Shown here: in pieces, positions 47,681-58,846 of the stretch
Layout of the letters: every line of letters starts with the position of its first letter
How positions within the stretch are numbered: the stretch's first letter is position 1
NCBI RefSeq assembly: GCF_036507355.1
Contig: NZ_AP027877.1
Reading direction: 5' to 3' (one strand)
DNA: 64,000 nucleotides
Origin: Escherichia coli
GTDB taxonomy: Bacteria > Pseudomonadota > Gammaproteobacteria > Enterobacterales > Enterobacteriaceae
Made by a program: the position numbers and the translations under genes
The notes under the pieces: generated by a model
The model's input: only the letters and a program-made list of their open reading frames with translations
What the model was told of the DNA's origin: nothing
The model's database searches: none

Positions 47681-50600
47681 TTACGCCTCCTCTTCATGGC
47701 GAGCAAAGCGACTTTTGGTCCACAATGCAAGGCGGTCGAACAGCAGATAAATCACTGGCGTGGTAAACAGCGTCAGTACCTGGCTGACAACCAGACCACC
47801 GACCATACCAATGCCTAACGGACGACGCAGTTCCGCGCCGACCCCGGTACTCAACATCAGCGGCAGCGCGCCAAGCAGAGCCGCCAGGGTGGTCATCAGG
47901 ATCGGACGAAAACGCAACAGACAAGCCTGGTAGATTGCATCGCGCGGCGACATGCCTTGCTCGCGCTCAGCAGCCAGCGCGAAGTCGATCATCATGATGG
48001 CGTTCTTCTTCACGATACCGATCAGCAAAATAATGCCGATAATCGCAATCACATCCAGTTCGCTACCGGCAATCATTAACGCCAGCAGGGCGCCAACACC
48101 TGCCGTGGGTAGCGTCGAGAGAATGGTGATCGGGTGAATAAAGCTCTCGTACAGAATGCCGAGCACGATATACATCGCCACCACCGCCGCGACAATCAGC
48201 CAGACAGTGCTGCCCAGCGCCGACTGGAAGGCGAGGGTGCTGCCCTGGAACTGCGTGGTGATATCCACCGGCAGATTCAGCGTCTTTTCGGTGTCCATAA
48301 TCGCCTGCACCGCATCGCCCAGCGAATAGTTATCTGGCACGTTAAAAGAGATGGTCGTTACCGGGAACTGATCCAGATGGTTGATGGAAAGCGGCGCAAA
48401 ACGCTGTTCAACTTTGGCAATTGAGCTTAACGGCACCACGCCGCCGTCGCTGCTGGTCAGGCGAATGGTATCCAGCGCCGCGAGGCCTGGGGTATTTTCG
48501 GTATTGTGCTCCAGCACTACGCGATACTGGTTAGCCTGAGTATAAATAGTGGAAATCAGTCGCTGACCAAACGCGTTGTACAGGGCGTTATCGACATCCG
48601 CCATGCTGATCCCCAGACGGCTGGCGCTGTCGCGATCAACATTGACATACGCCACCAGCCCTTTGTCCTGCCAGTCGCTGGAGACATCAGAAATCTGTGG
48701 CAGCTGCTGGAGTTTTTCCATCAACTGTGGCACCCAGGTACTGAGCGCATCTAGTGACGTGGCCTGCAAGGTAAACTGGTACTGGGTGCGGCTGACCTGA
48801 GTATCGATGGTCAGGTCCTGCGTTGGTTGCAGGAAGAGATCGACGCCCGGCACTTTATCCACCGCCGTTTGCAGACGGGCGATGACTTTTTGCACTCGAT
48901 CATCACGTTCATCCAACGGTTTGAGGTTGATCTGCAAACGCGCACTGTTCAGCGACGGGTTAGTGCCATCAACGCCAACAAATGAGGTCAGATTTTGCAC
49001 TGCCGGATCCTGCAAAATCACGTCCGCGACCTGGCGTTGCCGCTGGGCCATATTGGCAAAGGAGCTGGATTGCGGTGCCTGCAAAGTGCCCTGAATAATG
49101 CCGTTATCCTGTACCGGGAAGAAACCTTTCGGAATGAACATCCACAATAGAACGCTAAGCAGCAGCGTGCTGAGCGCCACGCTTAAGGTCAGCCACGGAT
49201 GATTCAGCACTTTCGCAAGTCCCTGACCATAGGCGGCGATTATCCTGTCGAACATTTTTTCCGAGGCACGGGAGAAGCGGTTCTGTTTACGCAACGACTC
49301 CTGGCTGAGCATCCGTGCGCACATCATCGGTGTCAGGGTTAGCGACACCACGGCTGAGATTAAAATCGCTACCGCCAGGGTAATAGCAAATTCGCGGAAC
49401 AGTCGCCCGACGATATCGCCCATAAACAGCAGTGGGATCAACACCGCAATCAGCGAGAAGGTCAGCGAGATAATGGTAAAGCCGATTTCACCTGCGCCTT
49501 TGAGCGCCGCCGCCAACGGTTTTTCGCCTTTTTCGATATAGCGGGAAATATTTTCGATCACCACGATGGCGTCATCGACCACGAACCCGGTGGCGATAGT
49601 TAACGCCATCAGCGTCAGGTTATTGATTGAAAAATCGAGAAACACCATAACCGCAAAAGTGCCGATTAACGACAGCGGCACGGCAACACCGGGAATGATG
49701 GTCGCCGGAATATTGCGCAAAAACAGGTAGATAATCATGACTACCAGCGCGATAGCCATCATCAGCTCAAACTGGGTATCGTCGACGGATGCGCGGATAT
49801 TGGTGGTGCGGTCAGAAAGTACCGTCACCTTCACCGATTTCGGCAGACTCTCGGTAAGCTGCGGCAGCATCTGCCGAATACTGTCGGCGGTAGAGATAAT
49901 GTTAGCACCAGGCTGGCGCTGAACATTCATCACAATAGCCTGTTCTTTATTCGCCCACGCCCCAAGCCAGCCGTTTTCGGCCCCTTGTTCAACGGTTGCG
50001 ACATCACCAAGACGAATCGGCGCGCCGTTCTGGTAGGCGATGATTAGCTGGCGATACTCTTCGGCGGATTGCATCTGGTCGTTAGCGGAAAGCGTGACCG
50101 CGCGGGAAGGGCCGTCGAGGCTACCTTTGGCTGAGTTAACGTTAGCACCGGTAATGGCGGTGCGCACGGTTTCGCTGGTCAGGCCGAGGGCGGCAATCGC
50201 CTGGGCGTTAAGTTTGACGCGAACAGCCGGACGCTGGCCGCCGGAAAGCGTCACCAGGCCGACGCCGGAAATCTGCGAGATTTTCTGCGCGACGCGGGTT
50301 TCCACCATATCTTCCACTTGCGTCATCGGCATGGCTGTTGAGGTGACGGCGAGCGTCATGATCGGCGGATCTGCCGGGTTCACTTTGCTGTAAACCGGCG
50401 GGTTAGGCAGATCGCTCGGCAACAAGTTGGTCGCAGCGTTAATCGCGGCCTGTACTTCCTGCTCGGCGACATCCAGCGGTAATGTTAGCTGGAACTGCAA
50501 AGTGATAACTGACGCACCGCCGGAACTTTGCGACGACATCTGTTTCAGACCAGACATCTGCCCGAACTGGCGTTCGAGCGGCGCGGTAACGGCAGAGGTC

Positions 50601-50803
50601 ATGACATCCGGGCTGGCACCTGGGTAGAGCGTGACCACCTGAATGGTCGGATAGTCCACTTCCGGCAGCGCCGAAACGGGCAGGGCGCGATAACCGATAA
50701 TCCCGGCGAGTAAGATCGCCACCATCAGCAGCGTGGTGGCCACAGGACGCATAATAAACAGGCGCGACGGGCCGCCTGTGCTGCTCGGAGGTAACACCTG
50801 CAT
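47681..50803 (-). CDS. mdtB: RND multidrug efflux pump subunit MdtB
   Basis: 1040 aa RND permease. Confidence 0.95.
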   Translation of the reverse strand: MQVLPPSSTGGPSRLFIMRPVATTLLMVAILLAGIIGYRALPVSALPEVDYPTIQVVTLYPGASPDVMTSAVTAPLERQFGQMSGLKQMSSQSSGGASVITLQFQLTLPLDVAEQEVQAAINAATNLLPSDLPNPPVYSKVNPADPPIMTLAVTSTAMPMTQVEDMVETRVAQKISQISGVGLVTLSGGQRPAVRVKLNAQAIAALGLTSETVRTAITGANVNSAKGSLDGPSRAVTLSANDQMQSAEEYRQLIIAYQNGAPIRLGDVATVEQGAENGWLGAWANKEQAIVMNVQRQPGANIISTADSIRQMLPQLTESLPKSVKVTVLSDRTTNIRASVDDTQFELMMAIALVVMIIYLFLRNIPATIIPGVAVPLSLIGTFAVMVFLDFSINNLTLMALTIATGFVVDDAIVVIENISRYIEKGEKPLAAALKGAGEIGFTIISLTFSLIAVLIPLLFMGDIVGRLFREFAITLAVAILISAVVSLTLTPMMCARMLSQESLRKQNRFSRASEKMFDRIIAAYGQGLAKVLNHPWLTLSVALSTLLLSVLLWMFIPKGFFPVQDNGIIQGTLQAPQSSSFANMAQRQRQVADVILQDPAVQNLTSFVGVDGTNPSLNSARLQINLKPLDERDDRVQKVIARLQTAVDKVPGVDLFLQPTQDLTIDTQVSRTQYQFTLQATSLDALSTWVPQLMEKLQQLPQISDVSSDWQDKGLVAYVNVDRDSASRLGISMADVDNALYNAFGQRLISTIYTQANQYRVVLEHNTENTPGLAALDTIRLTSSDGGVVPLSSIAKVEQRFAPLSINHLDQFPVTTISFNVPDNYSLGDAVQAIMDTEKTLNLPVDITTQFQGSTLAFQSALGSTVWLIVAAVVAMYIVLGILYESFIHPITILSTLPTAGVGALLALMIAGSELDVIAIIGIILLIGIVKKNAIMMIDFALAAEREQGMSPRDAIYQACLLRFRPILMTTLAALLGALPLMLSTGVGAELRRPLGIGMVGGLVVSQVLTLFTTPVIYLLFDRLALWTKSRFARHEEEA

Positions 50804-52050
50804 CAGGAGCGTGCTCCTTTTTTCGCGTATTCGCGGCTGGTGGCTTTCTCTTCCGGAGTGGTGGCGCTCTGGGCTTCCACCACTTCCACTTTCGCCCCTT
50901 CGGTCAGGCGATCAATGCCGTCTGTCACCACGCGATCGCCCGCAGAAATACCTGCGCGGATCACCACTTTCTGACTGTCCTGAATGCCCGGCGTCACCAG
51001 ATGTTTGCTGACCTTGTTTTCGCTATTCAGCACCCAGACAAAATGGCCTTCATTGCCCATTTGCAGGGCGGCGGTGGGGATCACTACGGCGTTTTGTTCG
51101 GTGTCGACTAACATGCGCGCGTTAACAAACTGATTGGGAAACAGCGCATCATCCTGATTATTAAAGCGTGCTTTCACTTTAATCGTACCGGTAGTGGCAT
51201 CGATTTGGTTATCGAGACTTAACAGCGTGCCTTCACTTAATTTCTTCGAGTTGGTGCGATCCCAGGCTTCTACCACCAGCGGTTTCCCGGCTTTTTGCGC
51301 CTGCATAACGGTAGTGATATCGCTTTCCGGCAGGGTAAAGACTAAATCGATAGGATGCGTCTGGGTGATCACCACAATTCCGGTGGTATCACCACTGGAG
51401 ATTTGGTTACCGACATCAACCTGCTTGAGACCAACGCGACCATCGACTGGTGCGGTGATGCGGCTCCAGTCGAGTTGCAGCTGTGCGCTGGCGACGCTTG
51501 CTTCATCAGCCTTAATGGTGCCTTCGGTTTCACTGACCAGCGCTTGTTGGGCATCCAGTTCCTGACGAGATACGAGATTGGTTTTTACCAGTTGTTGATA
51601 ACGCGCCAGGTCACGGCGGGCGTTGGCAAGCGTGGCTTTATCTTTTGCCAGTTGGCCCTGGGCTTGTGCTAATGCAACTTTGAACTGGCTGGGGTCAATT
51701 TCTGCCAGTAAATCGCCTGCTTTGACCTGCTGGCCTTCCTGGAAATGTAACGCCATCAGTTGACCGTCCACGCGGCTACGCACCGTAACAGTATTAGCAG
51801 CGGTAATAGTGCCAAGCCCGGTGAGGTAACGCGGAACTGCCTGTTCTACGGCGGTCGCCGCCTGAACCGGGGCTAATGGGCCGGAACGCATACCACGGCG
51901 ACCACCCGCTGGCGATTGCTGCGCTTGTTTCGTCGCCCCTGGGGCTGCACTCTGGGAGTCATTGCGGCCTTGCCAGAACCAGAATGCGGCGATGGCGGCG
52001 ATAACCACCACGATTACGATTACCCAACGGGATTTATAACTGCCTTTCAT
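50803..52050 (-). CDS. mdtA: RND membrane-fusion (periplasmic adaptor) protein MdtA
   Basis: 415 aa from [19 protein letters not shown]-track start 52197 is a 49-codon upstream extension. Confidence 0.9.
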   Translation of the reverse strand: MKGSYKSRWVIVIVVVIAAIAAFWFWQGRNDSQSAAPGATKQAQQSPAGGRRGMRSGPLAPVQAATAVEQAVPRYLTGLGTITAANTVTVRSRVDGQLMALHFQEGQQVKAGDLLAEIDPSQFKVALAQAQGQLAKDKATLANARRDLARYQQLVKTNLVSRQELDAQQALVSETEGTIKADEASVASAQLQLDWSRITAPVDGRVGLKQVDVGNQISSGDTTGIVVITQTHPIDLVFTLPESDITTVMQAQKAGKPLVVEAWDRTNSKKLSEGTLLSLDNQIDATTGTIKVKARFNNQDDALFPNQFVNARMLVDTEQNAVVIPTAALQMGNEGHFVWVLNSENKVSKHLVTPGIQDSQKVVIRAGISAGDRVVTDGIDRLTEGAKVEVVEAQSATTPEEKATSREYAKKGARS

Positions 52051-52103
52051 CGTTAAGAGTTTCTCTTCCTGAAACGTTTCGCGGAATGATACTAGTGTAG
52101 CCA

Positions 52104-52121
52104 GCCAATAAGGGAGAAAAA
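52104..52121 (-). promoter_or_regulatory. Candidate BaeR box in the mdtA promoter
   Basis: Minus strand reads TTTTTCTCCCTTATTGGC, close to the BaeR consensus TTTTTCTCCATDATTGGC (from memory). Confidence 0.5.
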
Positions 52122-52289
52122 TGGAGGAATTATGAAACACTATCGGGAATCGTCTGAATGGCGGGCACATTTGCGAGCACGCATCCAGTAATAACACAGG
52201 AAACTATTTTATCTACGCGTTAGCGATAGACTGCTTGCATGGCGAAAGGAGGTAAGCCGACGATTTCAGCGGGACGCTGAAACGGGAAA

Positions 52290-52435
52290 GCCCCTCCCGA
52301 GGAAGGGGCCATAAATAAGGAAAGGGTCATGATGAAGATACTCATCATCGTGGCGCTCTTAGTGATTAGCTACCCAGCATACTAAGACTACCAGGGCGGG
52401 GGAAACCCCGCTCTACCCTCACTCCTGAAAGTATG
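52290..52435 (-). ncRNA. sib: Sib antisense sRNA (antitoxin) overlapping ibs; ends approximate
   Basis: In Ibs/Sib loci the Sib RNA is encoded fully antisense to ibs; hairpin CCCCTCCCGAGGAAGGGG lies upstream of ibs (candidate Sib terminator on the minus strand). Confidence 0.35.
52329..52385 (+). CDS. ibs: Ibs-family type I toxin (18 aa)
   Basis: ATGATGAAGATACTCATCATCGTGGCGCTCTTAGTGATTAGCTACCCAGCATACTAA encodes MMKILIIVALLVISYPAY; good RBS (AAGGAAAGGG) upstream. Confidence 0.75.
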   Translation: MMKILIIVALLVISYPAY

Positions 52436-52721
52436 CCTTCACGTTCAGAATGTCAATCCGCAGGCTTTGCAGTCTGCGATCCTGCCAGCAAATATTCTTT
52501 GCGAGACGTTACGCAATAATCACAGAGGAAACTATTTTGTTCACGCGTTAGCGATAGACTGAATTCAGGGCGAAAGGAGGTAAGCCGACGATTTCAGCGG
52601 GACGCTGAAACGGGAAAGCCCCTCCCGAGGAAGGGGCCTTAAATAAGGTAAGTTGCACATTTAAAATCTCTTTAATTATCAATAAACTACAATGTATAGG
52701 TCATTATTAGTCAAAATAAAA

Positions 52722-53612
52722 TCATTTGTTGATTTCAATTTTGTCCCATTCTCTCCCTCGGCTATCCCTATACCGCGCCGCCATTGAATCTGATTTATGT
52801 CCGAGAAGACGTTGAGCAAACTTATCGCCAATCTGATTCCGGTATAGCCTCGCCGACAGGCTACGCAGTTCATGGAATGTTGGTGGGTCTCCATCAAATG
52901 AGAGTCCAGATGCATTTCTCGCCTTTGTAAAATACTTCGATACTGTTTTCGGGGAAAGCGGTTCGTGATGCGTTGAGGCGATTATAGTTTCACTGCCGCT
53001 GGCCTCCCTGCATTTCTGTAGTGTATCAGCCAATGAGATATTGAGCGCGTCAATCGTTAGCATCAGCGGAATGGCGAGCTTAGCCCCTGTTTTACCCTGT
53101 TCAATGTGAAGATGGTTGTCGTTTATGTCTGACCATTTCATTCTGCACAAATCGCCGACTCTCTGCCCTGTAACGACAGCCGAATCCATCGCCAGTCTTA
53201 GCCAGATTGGGAGAGGTTCGGCTGCATGGTAAATCGCGACATACTCATTAGCTGTCAGCCTTGAGCGCCTTACTTCTGACTTTGCTGTGCGGGTTGCTGT
53301 TACCGGATTCGTTTCCACATGCCCCTCGGCTATTGCCTCACGAAAAACGTCAACAAGGGTTGACCTGATTAATTTTGCGGAAGCCGCTTTACCTTCTGCT
53401 ACGTAGGTGTTTAGCATTGCTGCCACCTCTTTCGTTGATATGTCAGCGAGCGGTTTGTCCGGCAATTTTCTTCGGATTGCCCTGATTTTGCTGGCGTAGT
53501 CGAGTAGAGTTTTCGTCCTGATCCCCCTCTCGCTGAGGATTGTTTCATATCGGTCAAGCCACGCATGAAGAGTGATTACGTCAGCGCCTTTAATCCTGTC
53601 TATCAGTGAGGT
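52722..53612 (-). pseudogene. int: Lambda-family tyrosine integrase, C-terminal fragment (truncated by IS600-like insertion)
   Basis: C-terminus ...HELRSLSARLYRNQIGDKFAQRLLGHKSDSMAARYRDSRGREWDKIEINK resembles the lambda Int C-terminus (catalytic R, H-x-x-R, Y). Frame remains open upstream of the first Met up to the IS600 end at 53613. Confidence 0.8.
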
Positions 53613-54122
53613 AGCCTGAGTTTAACGGACACTCCTTCCTGAAATAGAATGGCATCAGAAGGAGCTAATAATGAGCAGAAAAACCCAACGTTACTCTAAA
53701 GAGTTCAAAGCCGAAGCTGTCAGAACGGTTCTTGAAAATCAACTTTCGATCAGTGAAGGCGCTTCCCGATTATCTCTTCCTGAAGGCACTTTAGGACAAT
53801 GGGTTACCGCCGCCAGAAAAGGGCTCGGTACTCCTGGTTCCCGCACGGTGGCTGAACTGGAATCTGAAATTCTGCAACTGCGTAAGGCGTTAAATGAAGC
53901 TCGCCTTGAGCGAGATATATTAAAAAAAGCAACGTATTTTGCACAGGAGTCGCTGAAAAATACGCGTTAATCGAACAATGGCGACAACAATTTCCCATTG
54001 AAGCGATGTGTCAGGTATTTGGTGTATCCAGGAGCGGTTATTACAACTGGGTACAGCATGAACCCTCAGACAGAAAACAAAGTGATGAGCGGCTAAAACT
54101 GGAGATTAAGGTGGCACATACG
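53613..54122 (+). mobile_element. IS600-like element, 5' fragment only
   Basis: Left end TGAGGTAGCCTGAGTTTAACGGACAC at 53613; complete OrfA (53671..53970, identical to the other copy); OrfB matches only for about 38 residues (MCQVFGVSRSGYYNWVQHEPSDRKQSDERLKLEIKVAH) then diverges. Confidence 0.75.
53671..53970 (+). CDS. IS3-family transposase OrfA
   Basis: Identical to the 99-aa OrfA at 6533..6832. Confidence 0.85.
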   Translation: MSRKTQRYSKEFKAEAVRTVLENQLSISEGASRLSLPEGTLGQWVTAARKGLGTPGSRTVAELESEILQLRKALNEARLERDILKKATYFAQESLKNTR

Positions 54123-54149
54123 GTAACAAGCCGATACATGCCACACGCA

Positions 54150-54747
54150 TTACTCACCCTCTTTGATGCGAATGCCAGCGGCGCGTGGCACATTAACTTC
54201 CACGATGCGCACTGTTGGTTTGTACATCTCAATCGCTGTCAGCCAGTCAGCTCCTGTCATGCGCTTTTCCGCATCGCCATTAGTCCACTGAACCGGTACA
54301 CCAATAGCCTTCATCGCGATTTCTATTTCCCCGGCAATGGCGCTTTTTCCGCAACCAGTAAAACCAGAAACAACGACAAGAACTTCACCTTTGGCTGGTT
54401 TTATTTCCCGTGCTTCCAGTTCTGCAATGCGCTTACTTCCATCCGCGATTACTCCCTCGTAATATTCACGCTGCTCGTTGAGTTTTGATTTTGCTGCTTC
54501 AAGCTCAACTCTCAGCTTCCCTACCGTTAGCGCAATATCCTCGTTCTCCTGGTCACGGGATTTGATGTATTGCTGGTTTCTTTCCCGTTCATCCAGAAGC
54601 GCCAGCACGGTTGCCGGATTAGCCTTGGCAACAAAATCACGGACTGGCTTACAATCAATCTCAGCAATGGGTTGATACGATGTGTATCCATGCTGTCTTG
54701 TATAACTACCGTGACGAATAACGAAAAAATCACCATTTATTTTTTTA
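54150..54747 (-). pseudogene. Phage early-region protein fragment (Ead/Ea22-like, tentative), N-terminus removed by IS1
   Basis: Reading frame enters from inside IS1 (the ORF-track start codon lies within the IS1 end); C-terminal part ...LVVVSGFTGCGKSAIAGEIEIAMKAIGVPVQW. The family assignment is by resemblance only. Confidence 0.4.
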
Positions 54748-54771
54748 GCCTGCCACGGTAATGACTCCAAC

Positions 54772-55275
54772 TTATTGATAGTGTTTTATGTTCAGATAAT
54801 GCCCGATGACTTTGTCATGCAGCTCCACCGATTTTGAGAACGACAGCGACTTCCGTCCCAGCCGTGCCAGGTGCTGCCTCAGATTCAGGTTATGCCGCTC
54901 AATTCGCTGCGTATATCGCTTGCTGATTACGTGCAGCTTTCCCTTCAGGCGGGATTCATACAGCGGCCAGCCATCCGTCATCCATATCACCACGTCAAAG
55001 GGTGACAGCAGGCTCATAAGACGCCCCAGCGTCGCCATCGTGCGTTCACCGAATACGTGCGCAACAACCGTCTTCCGGAGCCTGTCATACGCGTAAAACA
55101 GCCAGCGCTGGCGCGATTTAGCCCCGACATAGCCCCACTGTTCGTCCATTTCCGCGCAGACGATGACGTCACTGCCCGGCTGTATGCGCGAGGTTACCGA
55201 CTGCGGCCTGAGTTTTTTAAGTGACGTAAAATCGTGTTGAGGCCAACGCCCATAATGCGGGCTGTTGCCCGGCAT
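54772..55275 (-). CDS. insB: IS1 InsB
   Basis: Identical 167-aa InsB. Confidence 0.9.
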
Positions 55276-55469
55276 CCAACGCCATTCATGGCCATATCAA
55301 TGATTTTCTGGTGCGTACCGGGTTGAGAAGCGGTGTAAGTGAACTGCAGTTGCCATGTTTTACGGCAGTGAGAGCAGAGATAGCGCTGATGTCCGGCGGT
55401 GCTTTTGCCGTTACGCACCACCCCGTCAGTAGCTGAACAGGAGGGACAGCTGATAGAAACAGAAGCCAC
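55194..55469 (-). CDS. insA: IS1 InsA
   Basis: Identical 91-aa InsA. Confidence 0.9.
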
Positions 55470-55548
55470 TGGAGCACCTCAAAAACACCATCATACACTA
55501 AATCAGTAAGTTGGCAGCATCACCGCCTGCCACGGTAATGACTCCAAC

Positions 55549-56052
55549 TTATTGATAGTGTTTTATGTTCAGATAATGCCCGATGACTTTGTCATGCAGC
55601 TCCACCGATTTTGAGAACGACAGCGACTTCCGTCCCAGCCGTGCCAGGTGCTGCCTCAGATTCAGGTTATGCCGCTCAATTCGCTGCGTATATCGCTTGC
55701 TGATTACGTGCAGCTTTCCCTTCAGGCGGGATTCATACAGCGGCCAGCCATCCGTCATCCATATCACCACGTCAAAGGGTGACAGCAGGCTCATAAGACG
55801 CCCCAGCGTCGCCATCGTGCGTTCACCGAATACGTGCGCAACAACCGTCTTCCGGAGCCTGTCATACGCGTAAAACAGCCAGCGCTGGCGCGATTTAGCC
55901 CCGACATAGCCCCACTGTTCGTCCATTTCCGCGCAGACGATGACGTCACTGCCCGGCTGTATGCGCGAGGTTACCGACTGCGGCCTGAGTTTTTTAAGTG
56001 ACGTAAAATCGTGTTGAGGCCAACGCCCATAATGCGGGCTGTTGCCCGGCAT
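55549..56052 (-). CDS. insB: IS1 InsB
   Basis: Identical 167-aa InsB. Confidence 0.9.
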
Positions 56053-56246
56053 CCAACGCCATTCATGGCCATATCAATGATTTTCTGGTGCGTACCGGGT
56101 TGAGAAGCGGTGTAAGTGAACTGCAGTTGCCATGTTTTACGGCAGTGAGAGCAGAGATAGCGCTGATGTCCGGCGGTGCTTTTGCCGTTACGCACCACCC
56201 CGTCAGTAGCTGAACAGGAGGGACAGCTGATAGAAACAGAAGCCAC
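55971..56246 (-). CDS. insA: IS1 InsA
   Basis: Identical 91-aa InsA. Confidence 0.9.
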
Positions 56247-56296
56247 TGGAGCACCTCAAAAACACCATCATACACTAAATCAGTAAGTTGGCAGCA

Positions 56297-57112
56297 TCAC
56301 CCTTCCTTGATTCTTTTTTCTTCTGCTATTCTGGCTTGCTCTTTTGCTTCAGCCTCGCGCCGGATTCGTTCAGCCTCCTCCTGTGCTTTTCTGCGTTCTG
56401 CTTCAATTGCTGCCTGCTTTTCTCTTTCAGCTCGTTCTGCTGCCTCTTTTGCTTCGCGCTGTGCTCTCTGCTCGGCTTCAATGCGTTCACGCTCTGCACG
56501 TTCCGCTGCGGCCTTAGCTTCTGCTTCTCGCCTTGCTGCTGCTTCAATTTCGGCTTTTGCCTTTGCTTCGGCTTCAGCTCTGGCTTTCTCTTCAGCTTCT
56601 CTTTTTAAGCGTTCTTCATGCTCTCGCTTTTCCTGCTCCGCTTTGAGTCTTGCCTCTTCTCTTTGGCGGTCAAATTCGCGATCCATCAAAATCGCTATTT
56701 CATGGTCAGACTCAATTTGCTTTGCGAGAGCTTCAGCTGCTGCCTTAGCTTCTTCTTCGGCTTTAATCCGCGCCTGTTCTTCCTCATAATCAGTAAGAGG
56801 CTGGCGCGCCTTGGCTTTCAGTTCATCAAGGCGATCGCGCACTGTCTTGCGGTTGGCATCAATTAGCTTTGGAATTTCCTTCAGTTCAGCAACAAGGTCT
56901 TTGCCAAGACCATCGAGATATGTTTTCGTCTGCGCAACTTTATACGCCAGAGAAGCGATCTCCTTTCTGCCCTTTGCCGTTGTGATATCAGGCACAAAGG
57001 ACATAACTTCACGTTCAACCTTTTGAAGGATTTCTTCAATCTGGTCGGCAGACTGAAATACAGTCATTGCATTTGCTTTTTCAATAACAACTAAATCTGT
57101 TACTTCACTCAT
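56297..57112 (-). pseudogene. Phage protein with E/A/K/R-rich coiled-coil, C-terminally truncated by IS1
   Basis: Probable start MSEVTDLVVIEKANAMTVFQ at 57112, preceded by GGAGG. Long EAKAAAEALAK / REAEAK low-complexity helix; the stop codon TGA is supplied by the IS1 terminus (GGTGATG). Confidence 0.5.
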
Positions 57113-57246
57113 ATATCCTCCATCAAAAAAATTGCCCTCACATCGGAGGGCAAAGAAGATTTCCAATAATCAGAACAAGTCGGCTCCTGTTTAGTTACGA
57201 GCGACATTGCTCCGTGTATTCACTCGTTGGAATGAATACACAGTGC

Positions 57247-57450
57247 TTATTCGCGAGCTTTGAGCATTGCGTCTGCAAACTTATATGCAGCGCTTGCTGC
57301 ATAATTAACAGCTCCATCAGAATCATTATCGATAATCGATGGATTGCTAATCATTGCTTGCATAGCCTTAGCAGCGAAGTAATCACGTAATGTCGCATCA
57401 CTTGCCATTTCTGGGCGTTTGATATCTGCTTCATAAAACTCGCACATCAT
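57247..57450 (-). CDS. Hypothetical small phage protein
   Basis: 67-aa ORF MMCEFYEADIKRPEMASDATLRDYFAAKAMQAM..., preceded by GGAGGTGA RBS. Confidence 0.45.
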   Translation of the reverse strand: MMCEFYEADIKRPEMASDATLRDYFAAKAMQAMISNPSIIDNDSDGAVNYAASAAYKFADAMLKARE

Positions 57451-57674
57451 TCACCTCCCAGAGCCTTGCTGATTGCTGCAAGACCTTTATTAACAGCTCC
57501 ATACCATTCTGGATATGTTGTCGTTGTTCTATTTTTGGATTGCTTAAGTAATAACTGAAGTGCTTCGAGAAGGTCAGGTGCTGCCGCTATTAGATTGGCA
57601 TCTTCAATACATTGAACTGAATCGCCACGGGTTTAACAGACACCTCAGAGTCATTTAAGATGGCTTAAAGAGAG

Positions 57675-57959
57675 GTGCCCATGAGCGGTAAGCGTTATCC
57701 CGAAGAGTTTAAAATTGAAGCAGTCAAACAGGTTGTTGATCGCGGTTATTCTGTTGCCAGCGTTGCAACACGTCTCGATATCACCACCCACAGCCTTTAC
57801 GCCTGGATAAAGAAGTACGGTCCGGATTCTTCCGCTAATAAAGAACAGTCAGATGCTCAGGCCGAGATCCGCCGTCTCCAGAAAGAGCTGAAGCGGGTTA
57901 CCGACGAACGGGACATATTAAAAAAAGCCGCGGCGTACTTCGCAAAGCTGTCCGACTGA
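57675..57959 (+). CDS. IS3-family transposase OrfA
   Basis: 94-aa ORF MPMSGKRYPEEFKIEAVKQVVDRGYSVASVATRLDITTHSLYAWIKKYG... Confidence 0.85.
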   Translation: MPMSGKRYPEEFKIEAVKQVVDRGYSVASVATRLDITTHSLYAWIKKYGPDSSANKEQSDAQAEIRRLQKELKRVTDERDILKKAAAYFAKLSD

Positions 57960-58015
57960 GGTACGCCTTTATCCGTGACAACACCTGTTGCTGGCCTGTT
58001 CGCCTGCTCTGTCGG

Positions 58016-58828
58016 GTGCTGGATGTTCATCCCAGTGGTTTTTACGCCTGGCTTCAGCAGCCGCATTCACAACGCCATCAGGCAGACCTGAGGCTGACAG
58101 GGCAGATTAAACAGTTCTGGCTGGAATCGGGATGCGTCTATGGTTATCGCAAAATCCATCTGGATCTGCGGGACAGCGGGCAACAGTGCGGAGTGAACAG
58201 AGTCTGGCGACTGATGAAACGTGTCGGGATAAAGGCTCAGGTCGGATACCGGAGCCCGCGGGCACGTAAAGGCGAGGCCAGTATCGTGTCGCCCAACAGG
58301 CTCCAGCGACAGTTCAATCCGGATGCTCCGGATAAGCGTTGGGTAACGGACATAACCTACATCAGGACCCACGAAGGCTGGCTGTATCTTGCCGTGGTTG
58401 TTGATCTGTTCTCACGCAAAATTATCGGCTGGTCCATGCAATCCCGGATGACAAAGGACATTGTCCTGAACGCACTGCTGATGGCTGTATGGCGCCGTAA
58501 TCCCCAAAAACAGGTGCTGGTTCATTCGGATCAGGGCAGTCAGTACACAAGCCATGAGTGGCAGTCGTTCCTGAAATCACACGGCCTGGATGGCAGCATG
58601 AGCCGTCGCGGTAACTGCCATGATAATGCGGTTGCAGAAAGCTTTTTCCAGTTGTTGAAACGCGAACGGATAAAGAAAAAGATCTACGGAACGCGGGAAG
58701 AAGCCCGCAGCGATATTTTTGATTACATCGAAATGTTTTATAACAGTAAGCGTCGGCATGGTTCCAGCGATCAGATGTCACCGACAGAATATGAAAACCA
58801 GTATTATCAACGGCTCGGAAGTGTCTAG
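58016..58828 (+). CDS. IS3-family transposase OrfB (DDE)
   Basis: 270-aa ORF with DDE motifs (WVTDITY...HSDQGSQYTS...NAVAESFF). Confidence 0.85.
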   Translation: MLDVHPSGFYAWLQQPHSQRHQADLRLTGQIKQFWLESGCVYGYRKIHLDLRDSGQQCGVNRVWRLMKRVGIKAQVGYRSPRARKGEASIVSPNRLQRQFNPDAPDKRWVTDITYIRTHEGWLYLAVVVDLFSRKIIGWSMQSRMTKDIVLNALLMAVWRRNPQKQVLVHSDQGSQYTSHEWQSFLKSHGLDGSMSRRGNCHDNAVAESFFQLLKRERIKKKIYGTREEARSDIFDYIEMFYNSKRRHGSSDQMSPTEYENQYYQRLGSV

Positions 58829-58846
58829 ATTATCCGTGGCGATTCA

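Larger units (their letters stand above)
52195..52648. repeat. Tandem sib/ibs type I toxin-antitoxin repeat units (one complete, one cut at the prophage junction)
   Basis: About 330-bp period: AACTATTTT(A/G)T(C/T)(T/C)ACGCGTTAGCGATAGACTG...GGCGAAAGGAGGTAAGCCGACGATTTCAGCGGGACGCTGAAACGGGAAAGCCCCTCCCGAGGAAGGGGCC occurs at about 52201 and 52530. The second unit stops at CCTTAAATAAGG (52637..52648) and lacks its ibs ORF. Confidence 0.8.
54757..55524 (-). mobile_element. IS1 (768 bp), copy C, with 9-bp duplication
   Basis: Flanked by GCCTGCCAC at 54748..54756 and 55525..55533; insA 55194..55469, insB 54772..55275. Confidence 0.95.
55534..56301 (-). mobile_element. IS1 (768 bp), copy D, head-to-tail with copy C
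   Basis: Starts 9 bp after copy C in the same orientation; right flank CTTCCTTGA differs; insA 55971..56246, insB 55549..56052. Confidence 0.95.
57618..58846 (+). mobile_element. IS3-family insertion sequence (about 1.23 kb; specific IS not assigned)
   Basis: Perfect 13-bp terminal inverted repeats TGAATCGCCACGG (57618..57630) and CCGTGGCGATTCA (58834..58846); OrfA 57675..57959 and OrfB 58016..58828. Flanking triplets differ (AAC / ATA), so no clear target duplication. Confidence 0.85.

Noticed and set aside
50803-52197. 464-aa extended MdtA ORF starting [10 protein letters not shown]
   Set aside because: Upstream in-frame extension; the conserved MdtA N-terminus with membrane anchor begins at [16 protein letters not shown] (52050), and the candidate BaeR box lies inside the extension.
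56288-56789. Low-complexity plus-strand ORFs (S/A/L/F/C-rich, 106 and 160 aa)
   Set aside because: Antisense to the E/A/K/R-rich coiled-coil phage ORF; no RBS; repeat-driven artefacts.
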